NCBI RefSeq assembly: GCF_006345805.1
Contig: NC_042997.1
Coordinates: 28,458,001-28,522,000, forward strand
Source: Octopus sinensis
Taxonomy: Eukaryota
Reading direction: 5' to 3'
DNA: 64,000 nt
Position 1 is the stretch's first letter, and each line of letters opens with the position of its first letter. Both the position numbers and the translations under genes were made by a program. The notes below the pieces were generated by a model. The model worked only from the letters and a program-made list of their open reading frames with translations. It made no database searches and was not told the origin of the DNA. Shown here piece by piece: positions 51,576 to 64,000 of this stretch.

Positions 51576-52986
51576 CACTGTCAACAAAATAAACATTTTA
51601 TTCACTGGCATAAAATCTTAGTGCTGTTTTAAACTAAGTTTTTGGTGCTAATTCCAAAATTGACCTCCGATTTGCTCTATCACATTGCATATTTGTGCGT
51701 CGGTATATAACTTTATTTATTCGGATCATAGCAAATATTAACTTTATACACCTATTTGCGAGAATTTTGGCTGGACTCACATGCTAATTTTGAATATATT
51801 CAAGTTGAGTTTTGCTTTAAAACCTTTTCTTTTCATTTCAGATTTGAACTGACCCACATTTGTCTAGTTATGGATACAACATCAAAAAGAAGGAAGTGTT
51901 GTAATGACACCGATATCCTTCGTTAAATCTATGGAAACATCACTCCAGAGCCTCAAATGTGCAACATCAATAACAATATCAACGTGTATCTTTTTTACTT
52001 TAAAGTAGCATCCAGAGTCCAGGACAAAACCTGGGCCCACCTCAATGTTTGCAAAACCTGTGTTAAAACTTTGTCATTATGTTCTCAAGGAAAGAAAATA
52101 ATAACAACATTCTGATGTGGATAACTGCTACTGCTGCCTAGTTAATGTAAAAGGCTTCAATATGAAAACCGAACGACACTTGCAACATATAGATATCTGC
52201 TCGCCGATCGGTTGCACACACTAAGGAAATAAATGTGTCTGTAGCATCTACTGAGTTGTCACAGACTGATAATGAAAGCCTCAGTTCACCTACAGCTGAT
52301 GAAGAAGTGCAGCTTATGCCATCTGATACAGACTGTGATAACTTTGTGTAGTCAACATGAATTGAATGGCCTGGTCAGTGATTTGGATTTTCCAAAGCAG
52401 TCTGCTGAATTATTGACTTCCAGACTGCAAGAGAATCGTCTGCTATAACCTGGAACTTATGTCTCCTTTTATCGTAACAGAGAAGCAAAACTGTGGAAGT
52501 ACTGACATGGTCAGCTTGTTTATTGCAATGATATTGAAGAGTTTCTTCTCAATACGGGACTACCGGCATATGATTCACGTGAGGGGAGAATTATTACTGA
52601 CAGCTCTAAAGGCAGCTTGAAATGTTCTTTACTACACTATGAGAAATTGTATGGCTCAGACCCAGTAGCACACTGTATAGAAATGAAAGAGGAGGATGAG
52701 AACATCAAGTGTGTACAAGAGATAATCAAAAAAAGGAAGTTATTGCAGAATGAATGATCACAACGATAAGAGATTTTGTATTCATATCTTGTTATCAGGG
52801 AAGCTTAATTCTTAAATGCTAATGTGCATTTACTTATACAACTTTGTGCTTTGATTTATTAAACAAAACAAAATGGCATATTGTCTATTAAACATTGCAT
52901 CTACGTATCTTTAATTTTTTTTCTCTATGAGCATTAAAAAGCTGTTTCTAGCAAAATGAAAGATTTTATGTCCCAACAATCGAGTG
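51576..52986 (+). mobile_element. Decayed TA-flanked DNA transposon with CACTG terminus (possibly the TcMar-m44-like group)
   Basis: From ATG at 51870: MDTTSKRRKCCNDTD.., QDKTWAHLNVCKTCVKTL, DNCYCCLVNVKGFN, ELNGLVSDLDFPKQSAELLTSRLQE, TDSSKGSLKC.LLH..., EMKEEDENIK. The family name is from recollection and unverified. Confidence 0.75.
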
Positions 52987-53085
52987 TGATAAACAAAATC
53001 CAATATATAATTTAGATTCAACACCCCACACTTAGCTAAATACACCGATAAACCTGTAAATATGTAAATATGTGTTGGCCGGTGT

Positions 53086-53395
53086 TATAATAACCGAAGA
53101 AAATTACAAGGATTAAAAGTACTCTTGGTGTTCTAGCTAATATCAACAGAATGATGCAAGAGAGAAAAAAAGAATAGCGAAGTGTGAGAACACTAAGCAA
53201 CCGCTCTACAGTCACATGGTCACGTAAGCACACACATTAACAATCACGCATGTATTTATGTAGGATGATATTGATTATAATAACCGAAGAAGAATACAAA
53301 GCTTAAAAGTAAACTTGATGTTCAATGTAATATCAACAGAATGATGGCTAAGAAAATTAGAATAGCGAAGTGTTCGAACAATAAGCTGCCACATG
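53086..53395. repeat. Diverged tandem duplication, 2 x ~190 bp
   Basis: TTATAATAACCGAAGAA..TAATATCAACAGAATGATG..GAATAGCGAAGTGT occurs at ~53086 and ~53277. Confidence 0.8.
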
Positions 53396-53400
53396 TTCAC

Positions 53401-53593
53401 AAGGCCAACAATTTCGGGGAATGATATAAGTCGATTACATTGACTCCAATGTACGAATGCTACTTATTTTATCGACCCCGAAATGATATAAAGCCAAGTC
53501 AACTTCGGAGGAATTTGTACTGAGAATCTCAAGACATACGAAATATCACTAAGCATTTTCCCGGCGTGCTAACGATTCTGCCAAATTGCTGCC
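53401..53593 (-). mobile_element. tRNA/CORE SINE
   Basis: TTATTTTATCGACCCCGAAA..CCCGGCGTGCTAACGATTCTGCC is the reverse complement of the family head and core. Confidence 0.82.
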
Positions 53594-56500
53594 TAATATT
53601 AATTTGTAACAGAATCACATGGTCATACACATGAGTTGGAAACGAATACTTGGTTATATAGGTCTTACGGACACGTAATTCTTTAATAATACTAAGATTG
53701 ATGAATGGGAAAAATGGTCTTAAAGTGAGTTTAATGCAATTATGTTGTTGGAATAAAATATAAAGAATCACAGCTTTAGCTTTATTTCAGAATACTTGTA
53801 AATGCGACTGAAGAAAACCAAGAGGCAACTGTAGGAAAGTTTTTGTTTTAACAAGAGACATGCCTTAACTCATCATATCACTTATCACGCAGATACTACA
53901 GTTTATTACAAACATTTTTGTAATTATATCTTGGAAATGAGTGTGGATCGATTTGTATTTTTTCAAATAATTATCAGTCACATAATAAAATATATTAAAT
54001 CTGACATTCGTTTTCTCGAATTTCCATGAGATAACTATACTTTCATTAAATTTCTCATATTCGGGGCTGTATCTCAATCTGCTTTATTTCTAAACAACTA
54101 TAATTTTAATTCTTTCTAGTAAAACACAAATGGTTTATTGACATTATCTAATAATGAAATATTCTCAAAGTTTACTGATATTTTATTTACGTAATTAATC
54201 GATTTATAGTATATCAGTTATTTTGTACATATATTTCTAAATATTTTGATTTGAAACTGACTTTAATATAGTAAACACGCTTAAAAGTTAATGCGGCATA
54301 GCTATTTGTAGCAAGTCCTTCTTTAAATCTATTCTTACTGTCTTAAATTATACTTAATGAATCTTCCCTTTATAAAATATGTTAGTGACAACATTCTCTG
54401 CCTTGCCATTACAATCATATTTACACCCAAGCGTTTTCTTCAAACATAATGTAATGACAATAAACTATTTAACATCTTCTAATTGAATTTATTAGTTACC
54501 GTATGAGTAATGTAACTTGATATAAGAATAATAACAAGTTAGTTAACTATTTCCTTTCTATATACGTGACACAAATATATTGATTTACTATATACTCGTT
54601 AAGGAAATTAGATACAGTTGTAAATGATGTTGAATAAAAGAGGGAAAAAATCTTCGTATGTATTATTTTTTGAGATTGTTTCTGTTAGTTCAACTGTCAT
54701 TTTGTTTCAGCTGCCTCAGCACTTCGATTCGTCCAAATTAATTATTTTCTTCCAATATTCCAACTCTATGAATTGTACATTTACTTGAATGAATCGATCC
54801 ACGAAACAATGAATGTTTAACTGACTTCACTGGAAATAGAAATGATGCTTCAGAAACTTAATACTCTAAAGCATTTATGTACGTCGGTTATCGTATTTGT
54901 GACTACACCGATGTAAAATAACCGAACAATATCCAATCACATTTTGCGATAAATTAATGTGGAAATGAATACGTAGCTTCAAGTTTATCGATTGCTTTTT
55001 TTACCATGTTGAATCCTCATTTCATAATTTTCTGCTGCTAAAACAAAGCTACAAAATTCCTAGTGACTGTGAATGCTTCATTTTGTCTTTAGAATATCAT
55101 ATCACAGTCCTCGGAAACGAATAAGTATCTCGTATTTCATTAGTGAAATTCCAACCTAATGTACATTGCACATCACAAAGTTCCTGATGTTCGTATTAAA
55201 TGCTATGGGAAAAAAATTATCCAGATGTTGAATTTTAAGAAATATTAAATAAATATTTCGAAAACATACCAGTCTATTATTTAGCGATGACCTTAAATGT
55301 TGTCCTCTGTTTTTCCAATAAATTTTCACAAGAATAATGTATCTCTGAAAGTAGATTAGTCATTTTTTTCATGCATCGCTATGTATATGTATGCATGTCA
55401 CTATATATCTGTGTTTGCACATATATAAGAACAAAATTAATTAAAATTAAAACTATATTTAACGTGTCATATACTTCAGGTGGAATCATGATAATGTATT
55501 ATCAATTATTGTGATTTTTAAATAATAATTACGTTGGTGCTATAATCTAAAATAAGATCGATTTTTACTTTGATGCTGTAGATTAATTATGCGCAATTCG
55601 TCATCAGTCTACGACCACCTACTCCAAATCAAAAGCCCTCGTTTTCGTATTTCATTGTAATATTTTATAATATGCATATCTGAAGCCATAACACAATGGA
55701 TTTTCTTTATTGAAATGTCAGGAGATATGTCTTTGTATTTCAAGCCATTTATCGTGCTATAAAACATGAATTTAGAAATAAAAACATAAACCAATAAAGT
55801 AAATTTCTCAACTTATGTGGTAGTTATGGTGAAAATTTGATTCTAATACCATTTTACAGAGTCATGGTATTATAGAAACATAATACAGAATAGTAGTTAT
55901 AGTTAGCCACTGAAATACGATTAAACACACGCACACATATGTATAAACAGACACTCACAAACATACATACACAAAAATATGTGTACGTGTCACAACACTG
56001 ACGGTGCCCTAGCACGGCTGCAGCCTATGGGCTAAATTACAGAGAAGCATAAATGAAAACGTCTATCTGAGAACTTGAGAAAATTTCGCGTACCAATTTT
56101 CGATTGTTTAGTTAATTTAGTTGTACAACTTATTTCAATAGTTTTGAAATAACAAAAATTAAGAAAAATGTATAATGTATAATGCACATGACTTAGGCTT
56201 CTCGCATCATCTATATAAAAATGTAGAAAGCCGCTTATTAATAAGGTATATAACAGTTACTAAAAGTAAAAAATCATTAAAGGCATGAATGCCTTTAAAT
56301 TATTTTCATGTTCCAAGAAATTTCCTCTAATTTTAATTTAAGAAGTGTATTTAAATATTCGCTGCATTCACTGCAGAGTAGATTTTAGTGTCTAATAAGC
56401 AATATTAATCCATTGCAGGAAGACATTTTCTGTTTTTATTGCAACAGTCTCTCACTCTCTCTCACCTCTACTTTCATTAATGATAATTTTATGTATATAT

Positions 56501-57659
56501 TCATTTCAATGTTTTCATTTGAAGTTTTAATTCGCTGTTTGCAAAACCCACAGTTTATTCTATATACATAATGTAAAAAAGAAATTGTCGCATGACTGAG
56601 TGCCAATAGACAAAATAGCTGTATAACTTTGAGGCTCATGTGACGAGGCTCAATTTCAACAATAATATCAGTTTCCAGTGTTTCTTAAATGAGTTTTGAT
56701 AAAATAAATTTTCTTTTCACTATACCGGAATAATTTTACACTAATAACAATGTGATCGCAGCGGCTTCCAGCACGCTAATCATAGTTGGGTTACCTTGAA
56801 GTTTGTTTAAATTAAAGATATATTACAACTGCGCTAAATTACCGAAAACATATTTACTAAACAAGTGAGGTTTTTATGAATTGGAAAATTTACTTTCTTC
56901 ACTTCCTGTTATTATTGAATATTTCAAATTCTCAAATTTAAATATTCGGTTCAAGTTAGATTTTAACGAGCTATTATTGACATTCTTTCTGTATACCTCA
57001 TATATTTTGTATGTATGTATGCGCATGTGAGAGAGAGAGTGACACTTTGCTCTTTCATTGCTCTTTCATTGCTCTTTCTTTCTCTCTATATATATATATC
57101 TCACACACGCACGCATACATAGAAAAAAGATATATGCATATATATTTAAGCATGTACCTATACACTACTAAACACCCCTTCACTCACTCTGTTTCCACCA
57201 TACAAACACACACACATACCCATACATTTATGTCATATACACTTACATACATCTTTCATTTTCTCCTCTCTTTCACTTTCAAACAAAAGTAACGTTTAGG
57301 AAAATGGGTTTTTTTGCAATGAAATTTTATAGAAATACCTTTCAAACGGCAATCATTACGACTATAAAGTAATTTGTGGGGAAAATCTTGAGATGGTGAG
57401 AGTACTTTCGGAAACTTCCCAAGATTCAATTTTTTCCTCGTTATATTCCGTAATTACATTCACCTTTCTACAGGTACCCTAGTGTACTACTACTTCTATA
57501 CTACATAGTGTTTATTTCTACACACTTGCAATAATTTTCAATGTTTTGGCTTCAATTTTGTTTTATTTTATCTTTAATTATTTTCACGCTTTTTTAACCC
57601 TTCGCTCGTATTTCTCATTCACTCGTTCTTACATTATATCTCTATCTATAAACACATAA

Positions 57660-57661
57660 AT

Positions 57662-57730
<69 letters not shown>
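57660..57730. repeat. (GA)n microsatellite
   Basis: Direct run. Confidence 0.95.
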
Positions 57731-57732
<2 letters not shown>

Positions 57733-58799
57733 CCGATATTATCGGAGATATTTCGTTTTAACTCGAAGGTGAATGCGTGCTGCTCATCTGTTACCTCAGC
57801 CGCGTCGGGTAAATTCCGTAAAAACATTTTATTTACATTTTTTTGCCAATGGAAATATACATTTTGTTTGAAGTTAAATTATAGTTAAATTACATACTAT
57901 GAAAATTAAATTAGAATGTTTCTACGGGAAATATGCGTTTATATTTTCATTGTGGGTTATATTTCAGGTATATTCTGAATGCTTTATAAAATGTGCAGCC
58001 TTTTAAATAAAATCGACTTAGCATAGTTAGCAACATTTAGTAAATGGACATTTTATATTTTCTTCCATCTGTTATTTTACACTCTTCGCACAGACTTTTA
58101 TATAAATATAATATATTTCAAATTTTATTAAAAAGTGAACAATAATTGTATTAGTCAATTTTTGTGCCTGTAATGCAGATTGTGTATTTTCTGACAACGA
58201 AAATCAAGTTAGGAAAGTAAATTTCTTGAAGCATAATGACGTTAATTGAATTCCATATAAATAGCAAACTGATATTCGACATATTAACTCTCAAAACAAA
58301 ATGTTAAATGTTTTTCTATTCAATATTTTGCCTCGTTTTATTTTTTCTGTTTTTGATGGAGAGAATACTCGTAATCATTGACAGAAATAATGGTGCATGT
58401 AAAGAACCTTTTAACTATTATAATTACTTAAGGATCTTAAAAACATCTACTGTTTCAACTAACTAATCCTTAAATTGTGAAATGCGGATTTCTTCTTCAT
58501 TTCTATATTTCGGAAAAAATTGATTTATATTTATTTCATATATTTCTGACTTAAAATGTTTTTAGGTACAATTTACAATCTTTTACTTTTATGATGAAAC
58601 TAAAAAACGAAATTTAACTGTAATCGGATTTTCTTGAAAGACCTGATCATTAAAATTTCAGTATTTACTTTGGAACAGAGAATGTTCATTTGAAAGAGCT
58701 AACATTGAAGACAAAATGAACGGAATAACATGTTGTTATGAATCGACATTCAAAGATAAACGAATATAATCTCTGGCTGTGTGGCAAATCGTTTCTTTC

Positions 58800-59950
58800 C
58801 CGACCATATGATACCGTGCTCTATCCAACCTCGTGGCATATTAGGCTAAAGTCTTCTACTACAGATTTGATCAAAACTTGTAAGCAGATTTGGTGCACAG
58901 AAACTGAAAGAGACTCGTGGAATAACCTTTATCTTTTACTGGTTCTACTCATTAGACTGCAAACATGCTGGATACCACCATTAATTAGTCTAAAATCTAA
59001 AATCCCGCGACTCTCTGCACCACAGATTTGAAAACGAGATCATCAATATCATATGAGAAGTAAGATTGAAAAGTTATCAAAATACTTTTCCAATGAAAAT
59101 GTATGCAGGTCTCGAATCATTACAAGAGAGGTGGTGAACTCTAATAACTTCAGAAAAGACAATATTCTTACATGGGATATTCGATAATATTCCAATAAAC
59201 ACAATAAGGCTTGCAAACGAGCAGATCCTGAACAGAGAAACGAAACATTAAGTGCACGAGTAGATGACAGTACGAGTAGATGACAGCACGAGTAGATGAC
59301 AGACGACAATACATATCAAAACAAGAAATCCATATGCTACTGAAGCACCACAGAGGCAATCTTATGAGAAACCATGAACGCTGAGTAATGAACCCAATGG
59401 ATGGAGAATTTGAAATAAATGAAAAAGAACTCGGCAAAACAAAATCATCACGAATATGCGACATCGTGCCGGATATATAAACAATACAGCTGTCATCGAA
59501 TATTCTGCCGCCACCAATCCAAAAATTTGCGAAAATTCTTACAGATCCACACTATTTGATACTGTTGATATCTGCCCAGTTCCCACCACAAACTACCACT
59601 CGCTAAAACCTCTTGACTTCTTCCACGACTTCACCAAAATCAGAACCATTAAGTAGACACCATTATTTCAAGAAGAAAATCACTCGCATTCATTGAAATC
59701 GTATCCTGAACAAGTTGAAAGATGGTGAGTCGTTGTTGGAAAAATGAGATGCTATGAAGGAGAAAAACGTGAAATTTGGGGGTTGTACATCTGGGAAGGT
59801 ATAGGCAAAATGGATTAAGCAGTGATGACAGCTTAACCATATCTAAAACATGAACGGATATGTTCAGAGCAGTATTAGGAAAGGCCTTTATAAAGTCATT
59901 TAAAAGTAATTGATCTGGGAATAACTGCAATAGTAAACATGTCAGTAGCA
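58800..59950. mobile_element. Decayed LINE remnants: endonuclease-like on plus (58800-59600), RT-like on minus (59650-59950)
   Basis: Plus strand has ETRG.T..L / PPL.S motifs; minus strand has DFIKAF and SFFQQR...V..TIS motifs. All are degenerate. Confidence 0.4.
59255..59302. repeat. 3 x 16-bp tandem repeat (YACGAGTAGATGACAG)
   Basis: Direct. Confidence 0.95.
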
Positions 59951-61549
59951 AAATATATTGAACTAACATTGATTAACCGGAAAAACTACTCTTAGGAAAA
60001 ACTAACAAGGTATCGGTAAACACGAACATATACCTTCAAATCTCACACCACGTATACTACAAAGATATGTTAGGGAGCTGGGCAAGATAATTTCGGAAAT
60101 TTTATCTCATTGTAAACGACACCATAAGCAACTTATCGAGAGGTAATATTCATGACCACTTAAGCGTGGATGTTCTGTTAGAATAAATATACTGCAGTAG
60201 TTACCATTAGAGAAACTCTTGTATTCATTTTTGGTGCTAAATGCGCTCTTGTTTATATCAGATAAATGTTCGCATGTTTCAGCGGCGAGGCATCAAGGTC
60301 ATGTGATTTATTGAGATATAGTCGCGACAGCAGCACAAGTTCTGGCACTGTTTTTCGATATCTCTAGCGGTTGAGCGTACTTCATTGACGAAGCCACTAG
60401 CAGGACATACGATTCCACAAAATATATGCACATAATATGCAATGGATATGCTGTTAAATTGGCTCACATCTGACATCAATTATAAATACATTTACACACT
60501 TACACCCCCATGCACATAAGCATATTAATGTTCAAAAACCGTCACCCGCATTGGTAATATAATATATTGGTACTTCAAAGCCCGATGAACACTACTTCAT
60601 ACATACACGCACGCAAACAAATATATCCTTCCGGCTATATAAAATTTTAAATACATGAAATGAAAACAGAAATTTCCACAAACCCACAGAACATACCAAT
60701 GAATTTTCAATACAAATTTGCAAAGCCATGAAGCAAAAAAATTCGACGAGATTTTTACTCACAAAACAGTTTCCAAAAAATCTTCAACAGCGACGCACAG
60801 AAATATCTCCTAAATAAACGTATCAATTATCAGAGAGATATCTACTCAATAGATATCACTTCAATTAGTTTAATTGGAATAATAAGACATGAGTTACTAT
60901 CTGCAATAACGTTATACAAGTGCATGATATATATAGTATTTTATATCCTAGCTCATGAGAGCAGTCACAACCTCTACGTCACAATGTGATTACTACTGAT
61001 ATTTCTTCATCTAATATAATTCCACAACTATGCTTGATAGAAACAATTACCAAATATTAATGTTTTATATTGACTATGGTTATAAATGGTCCATATCAAA
61101 TTTCAACGCAACAGTGGGAGAATAACTAACATATGAACAATGATAATATGGTATCGTGTGTTGATCTGACTACAGATATTAATGTTTTATGAGTATCTTT
61201 CTCCCAATTTCAAGTGATTCCATTTCTTTGGTTCTCTTCACTCCACTGTAACTTGCCTTCCTCTTTTCTCTGATGTACTTGCATCTTCCCATCTTTTTAC
61301 CCCTCCCATAGGCAGTCACCATTTCTTCAGTGTTCTTTGTTATAACCTGAAATATGTATATATATATATACATATATATATTGGAGCAATGTCAAGACTA
61401 ATCAGCCGAAATTGCGAAGATGAGGATAGGAAGTTTCGAATGACCCGTCCTTGTTTTTTTGTATCGTCTATCTGGACATTTTGTTGTCCATTTTTGTATC
61501 ACCTAGTTGTCCGCATGTGTTGCGTTCTTGTCTCATTATGTCTCTCTCC

Positions 61550-61627
<78 letters not shown>

Positions 61628-61640
61628 ATATATTTATACA

Positions 61641-62415
61641 TACATCTAATGTAGGATAACATTTTTTCTAAAACACATTTTATCAATGGCCAGCATATTA
61701 AAAAATACCTTTAAAGTTTAAATTTATAAATAACATATAAAAGAAGGGCAAAAGAAAAGTTCTAATGCCAAATATGCCGAAAATAGACAAAATTGTCAAT
61801 AACCATTATAATTTATGCGTCTGGAAACAAGTCGATAGAAATTTCTAAAAAAATTCATTATTACCGTATTGTTCTCAATTTCAGAGTTAATTCATAAGAA
61901 TGTTCTCCTCCTCAGCGATAAATACGTAAGACATAAATGAAATACTTACTCATACTCATGGAAAAAGCAAACACTAAGTCCTGAGCAGACCTAAGTACCC
62001 CAAATATATCCAAAATAGAAAATCTTCAGCACATCTCGAGACACGTGATTCGAACTAGAAACTTTCACAGAGTGTGAGAGTCCGGAAGTGAATACTATTA
62101 AATTTACATCTAATGTAGGATAATTTTTTTTCAAAAAAATTTCTTCAATGGCCAGCATATTAAAAGATACCTTTAAAGGTTAAATTTATAAATAACTTAT
62201 AAAATAAGGGCAAAAGAAAAATTCTACTGCCTAATATCCCGAAAGTAGACAAAATTGTCAATAATCATTATAATTTATGCGTCTCGAAACAAGTCGATAG
62301 AAATTTCTAAAAAATTCCGAGACGCATAAATTATAATGGTTATTGACAATTTTGTCTATTTTCGGCATATTTGGGCAATAGAATTTGTCTTTTGCCCTTA
62401 TTTTATAAGTTATAT
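61641..62415. mobile_element. Two direct ~215-bp copies plus a partial inverted third copy; PLE-type repeat with decayed hammerhead
   Basis: 61641-61857 is similar to 62108-62318; 62319-62415 folds back on ~62190-62288. Motif: TATC CCGAAAG..AGAC..GTCTC GAAAC AA GTC GATA. Confidence 0.7.
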
Positions 62416-62449
62416 ATATGATATATTGATCCATTCTTGTTGCTTTTTT

Positions 62450-62534
<85 letters not shown>

Positions 62535-62867
62535 ATACTACCAATTTTATTGAACTCATAATACTTTTTGTTGAATACTTTCTTAAAAACTTTCTTGTAA
62601 ACTGTTTTTAACAGTTTATCAGATAATGTATAACTGTATTTTAATACTTTTGTGATAAACAGTGCTTAATACAACAAAGCTTATACAAAGCTTTACATTT
62701 TACTTTTGACAAATTTTTCTAAAAAAGTGAAACCGGCCAAGTCAATAACCATCTTTAAAATTACATTTTCAGACATTCTTTCATATATATTTCCAGTCGT
62801 GTGGTACCTTACAACTTTACTTTGTTGTACATATATATATATAAACATGCATACAGGTGCACACATA

Positions 62868-63030
62868 TATGTGCGCTTGTATGTAGCCGTGTGGTGAGAA
62901 TTTTTGCCACCTAACCAAATGATGACACCCTTAACTAATGTCTTTCGCTGTAGACCAGGACTGCCAAAGCCTTGTGAGTGGATTTAGTAGAAATTGAAAG
63001 AAGCATCCATGCGTCTGTGTGTATGTGGTT
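62868..63030 (+). mobile_element. Decayed SINE (family of 30275-30638)
   Basis: CCAAAGCCTTGTGAGTGGATTTAGTAGAAATTGAAAGAAGC. Confidence 0.7.
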
Positions 63031-63600
63031 GTGTGAATAGAGACAATTAGATATTTCATTTATTATGTATGGAAAAAATGCAAAGCTATATATAAGAATA
63101 AAAACGATATTATGATTACTTTCAAACTTTAGTACCAATACAATATGAAGGAGAAAAATATTTGTTATTGACGTAAAACAAAAGCGTATACAAAATAATT
63201 TTGAAGGTTAGGGAAATTAAATATCATTTTATGGTTCAGGACTGTAATTTGAATGGAAGAATTTGCTTGGATAGATTTTGTATTGCAACGACGTTAAATA
63301 GATAGTTAAAAATATGAATATGCTTTCTAATGATTTAGCGATTGAATACTATATTAATGTGTAAATTTCTAAGAGGCCTCTTTTGTATTTTATAATTTGC
63401 CAAATGAGTTCTATATTTTGTGTATTTCTATGCGCTTGCTTTTGTGCAGTTGCTATGAAATAGGCATGAATGTGAGAACGCGTGTGGTTATTTTCATATC
63501 TATACGCATTAATGTACGTACATATGTTTAGATTATTTTAGGATATAGTATATATATATGTATATATATATATATATGTATGTATATATATAATATATAT

Positions 63601-63662
<62 letters not shown>

Positions 63663-64000
63663 TCGACATAAGCTGCCTGTAATATTATTTGAAATATACA
63701 CATACACACACATATATATATATCAGCTATAAGTTCCTAAAATACCTCTTATATAGGTACTACATTTTGTAATTAGTTCTGAGAGATATTTCTTTTTACA
63801 AATGCCTGTTGTTCAAATTTTGAGAGTCTGGTATGGTTATGTACAGCATTGTGCGAATTACAAAACTTGTGCCCGTCTGTTTGTGAATGTGTATAGGCGT
63901 ATGTAATTGTGCAAACAGTTGTATGGCATGTACGAGAATTTAGAGTACATGTGTTCTAGTGCTTTTGTATGCGCCTGTGTTTAGTTACCTAATTTGTATT

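Noticed and set aside
61179-61352. Minus-strand segment with a good acceptor (TTTCAG|GTTATAAC) and Lys/Arg-rich frame
   Set aside because: No partner exons or known motif; cannot be supported.

Overview
This is very AT-rich, microsatellite-laden eukaryotic DNA. The tRNA/CORE-SINE families look like those of Octopus, so a coleoid cephalopod is inferred but not proven. No host protein-coding gene could be supported with confidence; almost all ORF-track entries are microsatellite or chance ORFs. The window is a mosaic of decayed mobile elements: Penelope-like elements (PLEs) with recognisable RT and GIY-YIG remnants, CR1/L2-group and RTE LINE fragments, a mariner pseudogene, another TA-flanked transposase, MITEs, a Helitron-like element and about a dozen SINEs. 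The main result is a set of minimal type-I hammerhead ribozymes from several unrelated PLE-type families. Two near-perfect fold-back elements (8063-8368 and 36856-37410) carry an intact-core hammerhead in each arm, one per strand, and share the same 9-nt inner junction. One of them has an unusually long (~60 nt) stem II. The families use different, mostly palindromic loop-III sequences. All alignments and folds were done by eye and nothing was run.
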